From: Octopus sinensis
Lineage: Eukaryota
DNA: 64,000 bases
Assembly (NCBI RefSeq): GCF_006345805.1
Contig: NC_043010.1
Coordinates: 24,366,001-24,430,000 of the forward strand
Direction of reading: 5' to 3'
In this document: positions 54,938-64,000 of the stretch, one piece after another
Layout: each line of letters opens with the position of its first letter
Position numbering within the stretch: the stretch's first letter is position 1
Made by a program: the position numbers and the translations under genes
The notes under the pieces: generated by a model
Database searches by the model: none
Told to the model about the DNA's origin: nothing
What the model saw: the letters and a program-made list of their open reading frames with translations, nothing else

Positions 54938-56359
54938 CTATGTAAATAACAAGTTAGAGAAAGGGTGTTCGACATAAAATTTAGGGATTCTGTCGGGATT
55001 ATAAGACAGAAATTAACATAATTATCAAGTAAATAATTAATAAATTGCAACTGAAATCCAGGTCTCGTGAACAGAGGCGAATTCTGGAATTTAATGCCAG
55101 ACATTGTTTTGTTTTGTTTTTGTCGTTTTTTTTTTCTTCTGTAAAAAGTTTGTGATACTAATCTTCATAAACATGGCTGATTTTTTAAGGAGGTCGCTTT
55201 TCAACCACGTCGTCTCGTGTTCAATCCCACTCTGCGGGATTTGGGGCAGTACCTTTTACTATAATCCCGGACCGATTAATGATTTATGGATGAATATAAG
55301 AAACGCAAACCGTGGGCAATATATGTGTGTGTGTGTGTGTGCATGTATGTATGTATGTATGTATGTATGTATCCACAGCGAGCTTCCTTACAGTTTACAT
55401 GCAGACAGAGATAGATGAGTGTGTTTCTGAATTCGTCCCTACCACCGCTTGACATCCGATGTTTGATTGTTTACGTCCCCAAAATTTGGGCTGTGCGGTA
55501 ACAAAAACCGCTATTATAAGTACCGGATTTTTAAGTTCTGAGGGCGATTTATTCTACCAAAACTCTTGTAGACGGTGCCCAGTAAGCTCGCAGTCAAATG
55601 ATAAACACAAATCAAAAATATAAAAAAGAAGATATCAAGCCGTTGTTTTCTTGGCATAAAACGCTTCGCGTTTGGTAACTATAGATAAAAGTTCAATGTT
55701 GTAGCCTACGTGTTCTAAAACTTGCTGTAAAATAGACGCAGAAAATATAGAGACTAGTTATGACGGATTAGTTTTCTGATCATTAAGGGTCAAAATTTGA
55801 CCCGTCAAGCAGAACGGCGTGTAACGATATTATGCCGCATTCGATACGTTATGGTATTTTGTAATACGTTAATCAAACTGTAAAATTCCAAAGCAAACTA
55901 TGGAGTTAAATCTAAGGAACGCCTCCTATATTAATAAATAACATTTCTTTTTTACATCTTGAAATTTATTTTCATTTTTCTTTATTTCAGCAACGTACTG
56001 TCACATGAAACATACGCACGAATAATGGCTAATTGCATTTAATTATGCTCAAGACAGGAAATTTGAAGAAGTATTCGCTCAACCGAGTCGTACAAATGTT
56101 TCATTTATGAAATAACTCATCAAAATTATATTAAGTCTACCTCTGTATCTGCATATTTCATATACAAAATATTTTAAGATTAAATCAAAACTGTTTCGTA
56201 TAGTCCTACGATAACAAATATCGAGTCATTTTACTTACTAAATTCTCTCATCACGACGATTTTAGAATTCGTTCCTTTTGACTCAACTGAAAGCGAGTAC
56301 CGGCCATTTATTGTTTCAGCCATCTTTCGCTCCGGCTATCACATACTCGATGTTCTTTT

Positions 56360-56750
56360 CTACTCTAGGCACAAGGCCCGAAGTTTTGGGGGAGGGGCCA
56401 GTCGTTTGCATCAACCCCAGTACGCAACTGGTACTTAATTTATCGACCCTGAAAGGATGAAAAGCATAGTCGACCTCGGCGAAATTTGAACTCAGAACGT
56501 AAAAACAGGCGAAATACCTATTTCTTTACTACCCACAAGGGGCTAAACACAGAGAAGACAAACAAGGACAGACAAACGGATTAAGTCGATTATATCGACC
56601 CCAATGCGTAGCTGGTATTTATTTAATCGACCCCGGAAGGATGAAAGGCAAAGTGGACCTCGGCGGAATTTGAACTTAGAACGTAACGGCAGACGAAATA
56701 CTGCTAAGCATTTCACCCGGCGTGCTAACGTTTCTGCCAGCTCACCGCCT
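56360..56750 (-). mobile_element. Composite SINE family B
   Basis: Closely matches 51800-52190. Confidence 0.8.
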
Positions 56751-57492
56751 AACATACTTGAAGTTCTGCAGAACCAATTCCCTTAAGGCAGAGACCAAGT
56801 CAATGTTTCTCACGACTGCTTCAGCAACTAAAACCCTTATCAAAAGTATGATACCAGACATCAAATCATACAAACAATGATAACCGATACTTTTCAACCT
56901 TATTATGTTAAAATATAAACAAATAAAACACCAGCTTTTATCTCTCTGTCACTATGCGGCACCGCATACCTATTATCTTTTTAATACTCTATGCATTAGA
57001 TATGTTAACACAAACTTAATTATGAAACCTTCTATCTAGCTGCCTCATCACGTTTTTCCTCTTAATTTTATTAATGTTACATATATTAAATATCTTAACA
57101 CGCACTTAACTTTCTCTCTCCTCCCACCTCTCTCACTCTCTCATACACACACACTCCCTTTCTCCCCACTTACCAATTTCCAAGTTATTTTCCTTAATCC
57201 TCAACATGTGCAATACACCAACTCTAATTTGTCTATCTCACTTTTTTCTTGTTCGTTTTTCAGTGTTACCTGGTTTAAATACATTAAAATTCATTTATCT
57301 GTCTTATATTAAATTCAAACATGAATTTACACCTCATTTTCTTTATGTCCGTATGCCTGACCACATACATGTATATATTTCCAATCTGTTTTTAGTGCAC
57401 CATGAAAAGAGTTTAATATACTAACATTAACTGATGTGTTATCGATTGTGTTGTTTCCAAACACATACACTTACACACACTCATATATATAT

Positions 57493-57554
<62 letters not shown>

Positions 57555-57559
57555 TTTTA

Positions 57560-57750
57560 TTCTTTTACTTGTTTTAGTCATTTAACTACGGCTGTTTTGG
57601 AGCACCGCCCTTAGTCGAAAAAATCGAACTCTAGACTAGTCTTTGAAAGCCTAGTAGTTTATTATCGGTCTCTTTTCCCGAACTGCTAAGTTACTGGGAC
57701 ATATGCACACCAACATCGGTTGTCAAGCGATGGTGGAGGGACAAACATGG

Positions 57751-57806
<56 letters not shown>

Positions 57807-58315
57807 TATATATATACTATATATATATATATGTGTGTGTGTGACAGGCCTCTTTCAGTTTCCGTCTACCAAATCCACTCACAAGGCTTTGGTCGGCCCG
57901 AGACTATAGTAGAAGACACTTTCCTAAGGCGCCAGGCAGTGGAACTGAACCTGATATCATGCGGTCAGGAAGCAAGCTTCTTACCACACAGCCACGAGTC
58001 ATTAAAATCCAACACGCCTCGGAAAGTTCAATCGAGCGTATTGACCCCAGGACTTATTTTTAAGTCTGGTACACGCGTGCGCATCTGTATACTAAACATA
58101 TTGGTTTCAAATTTTGACACAAGGTCAGTAATTTGGGGGAAGGGGACTAGTCGATTACATCGACCCCAGTGTTCAACTGGTACTTAATTTATCGACCTCC
58201 AAAAGGATGAAAGGCAAAGTCAACCTCGGCGGAATTTGAACCCAGAACGTGCTGACAGACAGAATGCCGCTAAGCATTTTACCCGGCGTGCAAATGGTTC
58301 TGCCAGCTCGCCATC
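57560..58315 (-). mobile_element. SINE family A variant followed by SINE family B
   Basis: Matches to the family blocks noted above. Confidence 0.7.
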
Positions 58316-58528
58316 TTTTCTGTACTAAACTCATTTACTTATCAATATTTTTTTGGTTACTCGATGTCTTAAGTATGTTAGCATGAGTTCTGTGTCTATC
58401 TCATCTCACATGTATTTCTAGTAATTTTAGTGTCCCATCTCCGAAATATATTACAACCAGCTTACGTACTTATCTGCCTATCGAACTCATCTCGTATTAA
58501 TAGATATTTTTAATCGTCTCCTTAATAT

Positions 58529-58920
58529 ATAGGCGCAGGAGTGGCTGTGTGGTAAGTAGCTTGCTTACCAGCCACATGGTTCCGGGTTCAGTCCCACTGC
58601 GTAGCATCTTGGGCAAATGTCTTCTACTATAGCCTCGGGCCGACCAATGCCTTGTGAGTGGATTTGGTAGACGGAAACTGAAAGAAGCCCTTCGTATATA
58701 TGTATGTGTGTGTATATGTTTGTGTGTCTGTGTTTGTCCCCCTAGCATTGCTTGACAACCGATGCTGGTGTGTTTACGTTCCCGTCACTTAGCGGTTCGG
58801 CAAAAGAGACCGATAGAATAAGTACTGGGCTTACAAAGAATAAGTTCCGGGGTCGATTTGCTCGACTAAAGGCGGTGCTCCAGCATGGCCGCAGTCAAAT
58901 GACTGAAACGAGTAAAAGAG
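58529..58920 (+). mobile_element. tRNA-derived SINE family A, full length
   Basis: Near-identical to 5185-5578. Confidence 0.85.
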
Positions 58921-60719
58921 AGAGAGAGATATATGCGAAATCTCTCTTAACAATTTATCTGCCTCACTCCATAATGATTTCTTGTTGCCATATTAATGCC
59001 CAGTGTTTCAAATATATTATCACTAACATACATACTTGTTTATCTATCAAACCTATAACATATCGATTTTTTTTAAATGATTTACGCATTAGACATCTGA
59101 AATCTAACATATCTGTAAATCTATCTTTCTTACCACATATTTCGAATTATCTTATTAATATATTGTATATGAAATATGCAGAGAGAGAGAGAGAGAGATG
59201 GGACTTAATATAATTGTGTAACTTTCTCTTTAATTTCGTAACGTTTTTTTTATGGCTAACATTTTAAGGCTCCACATGGACTTTCCTAAAATACGCAACG
59301 TCACCTCTATTGAGTGCATCATTAGTTGTTGTTTTAACTTTGTCAGTGTGATGAAGAGCAAAGTGTTAATCCCTGTGGGAGCACAATTTGGTATTGATCT
59401 CTTACATTGGCACAAGACCAATTTCTGCTGCGGTGGCACTGTAGTCAATTGATTCAACGCCAAGTATTATAATGGTATTTGTTTTATTGATCCTGCTAAA
59501 ATGAAAAGTAAGGTCTATCCCGTCGAGATTTCTGCTAAGTTTTCGTCTTTGAAACAAAAATGTGAAGAATCGCCATATTTCGAAAGGGTTAGAAATAATA
59601 ATAAAAAACGTCAAAAAATTCTCTGAATAACACCAAAAAACAAACCATTTTTACTCGTTTCGCATCAGTTATCAGAAAATGTTTTGTTGCATGGAATGTC
59701 AAGTACGTTTCATTTTTGTTAATTTTTGGCGATTCCTTACCTATTTTTTCTCTCATCCTTGTTATTTTATTATTTATTTTTGTGTTATTTTACAGTTTAG
59801 AAAATATCTGAAAAACAAAAATAAGCAGAAAATGAATTAAATAAACTCTAGCCTCACTTTTAAAAATAGCTGCAGCTTCAGTTCCTGATTTATTATTTCC
59901 CAGGAAAGATTTTGTTGTTTTTGTGGTGAAATGTGTATTTATTTCCTTCTTTATATTTATATTTACATTTTATAGGCTTTTTTATATTTCATTTTATTTT
60001 ATTTTAACTTTTATTTTTAAAGCAACAAAAAAAAAACGATGTTCACTTTGAATAGCCAAGTTGAACAGAATAAATTTACATTTTAATTACAAATGCAAAA
60101 AATCGGAAAACTAAAACATCGAAAGCAACAAAATAAGATCATAAAAATTGCGCTTAAAATGTCAACTAAATGCAGTGAGAGAATATGCATGTGTAGTGTG
60201 GGTAGTGTAAAATGTAATAGGGAAAACAAAATATAACTAAATCATTATATAAAGCTAAAAATTAAGATGATAAAGTTGTAATGAAGGCAAAAATAAAATA
60301 AAATAAAGATATTTCAAACAAAATGGCGGTGGGAAGAGAAATTCGCAAGATAAACAGTCGGAATATTAACAAGATAATAAAGTGTAAAATATGCGCTAAT
60401 GAATATATGGGGCATACCGATCTAGACAAACAAACCTTTAGTATTTCAGGTATTTAAAGGGTTGTGGAGTGAGAGAATAGATAAAGAGCTGGAGAAAATA
60501 CCTTACGTTATTTCGTCACGCCTCTTTATGGCTGTTGTGAGTTCAAATCCCATTGAGGTCAAATTTACTTTTGATCATTACTGCGTGGAGAAAATAAAAT
60601 ACCTGACTGACAACTACTGAGTATAAATTGATTGATTAAACCCATCCACAACCATCAACATCCTATCAAAAATATGTGGCTTTTTCACCTCTATTAAAAG
60701 TTAATATTTATGTTATTTA

Positions 60720-60920
60720 GGGCGGCAAGCTGGCAGAATCGTTAGCGGACTGGGTAAAACGATTTGTAGCATTCCATACATCTTTACGTTCTGAGTTCAA
60801 ACTTTGTCGTGGTCGACTTTGTCTTCATCTTTACTGGGTTGATAAAAAAGTACCAGTTGTGGACTGGGGTCGATCGAATTGACTAGCTTCCACCCCCAAA
60901 ATTATTGGCCGTGTGCCAGA
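60720..60920 (+). mobile_element. SINE family B
   Basis: GGCGGCAAGCTGGCAGAATCGTTAGC head. Confidence 0.7.
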
Positions 60921-60992
60921 ATTCCATGTTTTTACTATCAGCACGATATCAACTTTAATTGGGAAACGTGTTAGATGCACGCTGTTGATGTC

Positions 60993-61610
60993 TTCTTCTT
61001 CTTCTTCTTCTTCTTCTTCTTCTTCTTCTTCTTCTTCTTCTTCTTCTTTTCTTCTTCTTCTTCTTCTTCTTCTTCTTCTTCTTCTTCTTCTTCTTCTTCT
61101 TCTTCTTCTTCTTCTTCTTCTCTTTCTTCTTCCAATCAGGACTCGCGCCATTAGCCACAAAGGATAATCTCTAATTCGAGCCTACTATAAGCTACTAAGA
61201 ATGCGTGTGGCAACTTGAAGATCCACCCACCACACGCGATAGACTGGCGGTTGTACGGGCGCGAAAGTACGTTGTTATCCTCATTCCGTAAACGGTGGCT
61301 TTTAACGGGTGGAGAGCTGAACCATCCTTGGGTACAGAGGATTCGCAATCTAGGCTAGGGTCTGAAGGTTTACCACAACATAGTGGGTTACACCATGGTT
61401 CCTCTGCTTTGTGGCAGAAGTAGGGAGAAAGAGTAAGAGAAAGTTGTGGTGATAGACTACAGTGGGGTTCACCCTCCTCCTCCCGCCGGAGCCTCGTGGA
61501 GCTTAGGTGTTTTTGCTCAATAGACACTCACAATGCCTGGTCTGGGAATCAAAACCGCGTTCTTATGACCGCGAGTCCGCTGCCCTAACCACTGGGACAT
61601 TGTGCCTCGA
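60993..61610 (-). mobile_element. SINE with a family C-like head, a different 3' body and a (GAA)n tail
   Basis: tRNA-like head at 61550-61610; tail at 60993-61130. Confidence 0.6.
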
Positions 61611-62156
61611 CCGCCGTTGATGAAGACGCCATCTTTGCATTCAAATGTCACTCATGAAAATTACGAGGCATGTGATGAAGAGCTTTGCAATGATGATATC
61701 GTCCTTGTCAGATGCTCACCTCGACTGAAACTCATATGAATGTTGACAGCAGAAACATAATGGTAGCACATCCTGAACGTGCCTTCTTGAAAAACTGTGA
61801 TGTTCTGTGCACCAATTTCTTGCATTTACTTTACCACTGCATTCGCCCTGAATGCTATCGGAAGTATTTTTGCCACGAATTAAGCCAACAACAGACTCAG
61901 CTAACACTCTGTTTCACGGTATACAAGCTATTAGAAGGGATCTGCCATCTGTCGTACTGTAATATTTATATGGAAACCTACTTGCTTCTTTTGCTACTGG
62001 TCACTGGTTGTCCAGAGGTTCCAATATACATACATACATACACACTCACGTATACATATATATATATATATATACGTATGTATATGTGGTGTGTATGTAT
62101 GCATGTATGTATATATACATATATATATGTACATATACATATATATATATATATAT

Positions 62157-62209
<53 letters not shown>

Positions 62210-62446
62210 TAAGGGTAGAAATTGATATTTATCAATTAAGACCAGTGGTCTAGCATATTAAAAAAGAATCCGAAGATTAAAATATTTATATATACCAATT
62301 AAGGACTGAACACGAAAAGTGGACAGTCAACATGCTAGATATAGACGTCAATCGCCATTCACCACCAAAAGATTATGTTCTCAGATCAAACTCAGCACAA
62401 AACCATAGCAATAAACAAGTGAAAATATACGAAATAAAATAATTAC

Positions 62447-62510
62447 CCATGTACTAATTAGTTTCGGCTGTTATTTTCCGCAAGGAAAACTGCAGCCATC
62501 ATCAGCATGG
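62447..62510 (-). ncRNA. Type I HHR (inverted copy)
   Basis: Reverse complement of 63002-63065. Confidence 0.8.
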
Positions 62511-63000
62511 TCCGTTATAAATGCAATTTGCTGGACTAGATGCAAACACGATACCGAAATATCGCGTGCATGGAGTTCAGTATTTTTCACTTGTTTATTG
62601 CTATGGTTTTGTGCTGAGTTTGATCTGAGAACATAATCTTTTGTGGTGAATGGCGATTTGACGTCTATATCTAGCATGTTGACTGTCCACTTTTCGTGTT
62701 CAGTCCTTAATTGGTATATATAAATATTTTAATCTTCGGATTCTTTTTTAATATGCTAGACCACTGGTCTTAATTGATAAATATCAAGTTCTACCCTTAA
62801 TTAATTTTATATAAATAAATGGTTCTCTAACCGATAAATTGACTGCTGCTAATTATTAGCTGCAGGCTAGTTTTCTCGGGCCTCAACGCGCCAAAGTAAA
62901 GGCATTTGAAAGATATATTCAAATGTAATAGGCTGAACTCCATGCACGCGATATTTCGGTATCGTGTTTGCATCTAGTCCAGCAAATTGCATTATAACGG

Positions 63001-63066
63001 ACCATGCTGATGATGGCTGCAGTTTTCCTTGCGGAAAATAACAGCCGAAACTAATTAGTACATGGT
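63001..63066 (+). ncRNA. Type I HHR with an extra U after A9 and a GUA site
   Basis: ACCATG-CTGATGA-T-GGCTG..TTTTCC-TTGC-GGAAAA..CAGCC-GAAA-CTAATTAG-TA^CATGGT; palindromic ACTAATTAGT. Confidence 0.85.
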
Positions 63067-63307
63067 ATTATTTATTTCGTATATTTTTCACTTGTTTATT
63101 GCTATGGTTTTGTGCTGAGTTTGATCTGAGAACATAATCTTTTGTGGTGAATGGCGATTTGACGTCTATATCTAGCATGTTGACTGTCCACTTTTCGTGT
63201 TCAGTCCTTAATTGGTATATATATATATATATATATATATAGATATATATATATTATATATATATATAATATATTATATATATATATGTATATATACATA
63301 CATGCAT

Positions 63308-63369
<62 letters not shown>

Positions 63370-63382
63370 TTATATATATATA

Positions 63383-63434
<52 letters not shown>

Positions 63435-63573
63435 ATCCAAACATGAAAGCACAAAAAACACACATCGCGAGGACGTGGAACAATATATAATAATTGGAGC
63501 TATTTATGTGTGTGTGTGAGTGTATGTATGTATGTATGTATGTATATTGTACTCGTACAATATAATCATTAAG

Positions 63574-63884
63574 TGGGGGCACATGGCCTAGTGTTTAGAC
63601 CAGCAGACTTGCGGTCGAGGGATCGAAGGTTCGAGTCTCAGATCGAGTGATGTCTGTGTTTATGAGCGAAACACCTGAGCTCCATGCGGTTCCTGCAGAA
63701 GGTAAGGGTGAACTTCTGCTCACTCTTTCGCCACAACTTCCTCTCACTCTTTCCTCCTGCATCTAGTAACTCACATGCGAAGGACCGACACCCCGTTCAG
63801 GTGGGGGAACCTATACGCCAATGAAACCGGGAAACCGGCTCTTATGAGCCAGGCATGGCTAGAGGAGGAATCAAACAACAACAA
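63574..63884 (+). mobile_element. tRNA-derived SINE family C
   Basis: Collinear with 14455-14765; (CAA)n tail. Confidence 0.8.
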
Positions 63885-64000
63885 TATATACATTAAATTG
63901 CATGACAAATACCCAGCTTTTAGAATTCCATGTTTATATGCCTTCATTTTATTGTATTTGTTTTATTTGCTATGAATCCTGGGTTTGGGTCTGTTACAGC

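Larger units (their letters stand above)
62196..63222 (+). mobile_element. Non-autonomous HHR element: inverted copy plus ~1.3 tandem 501-bp units
   Basis: Inverted 62196-62580; direct 62581-63222 with TATTTTTCACTTG at 62581 and 63082; embedded in (TA)n; no protein homology seen. Confidence 0.88.

Noticed and set aside
59269-59400. Overlapping exon-like segments on both strands
   Set aside because: Both strands give plausible splice sites and open frames; the sequence alone cannot decide between them.

Overview
AT-rich, microsatellite-dense eukaryotic DNA. The SINE, LINE and simple-repeat make-up looks like a cephalopod genome, probably Octopus (inferred, not proven). Almost all ORF-track entries are low-complexity artefacts. 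Decayed mobile elements: three mariner remnants, three Penelope-like (PLE, RT/GIY-YIG) remnants, a CR1-type RT, an R4/Dong-type RLE fragment inside (TAA)n, a near-complete Tx1/L1-like element plus a second fragment, and about 25 tRNA-derived SINEs. Main result: four unrelated families of type I hammerhead ribozyme (HHR) repeats, three of them without any ORF. (i) A 355-nt unit, tandem plus inverted, bounded by a 13-bp target-site duplication (52959-53977). (ii) A ~534-nt tandem unit (28300-29494). (iii) A 501-nt unit, tandem plus inverted (62196-63222). (iv) An HHR in the terminal repeat of a coding PLE remnant (4829-4943). All have PLE-type palindromic or near-palindromic stem III. Together they look like a retrozyme-like, PLE-mobilised and possibly circRNA-producing system. 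A few candidate minus-strand host exons are visible but could not be identified.
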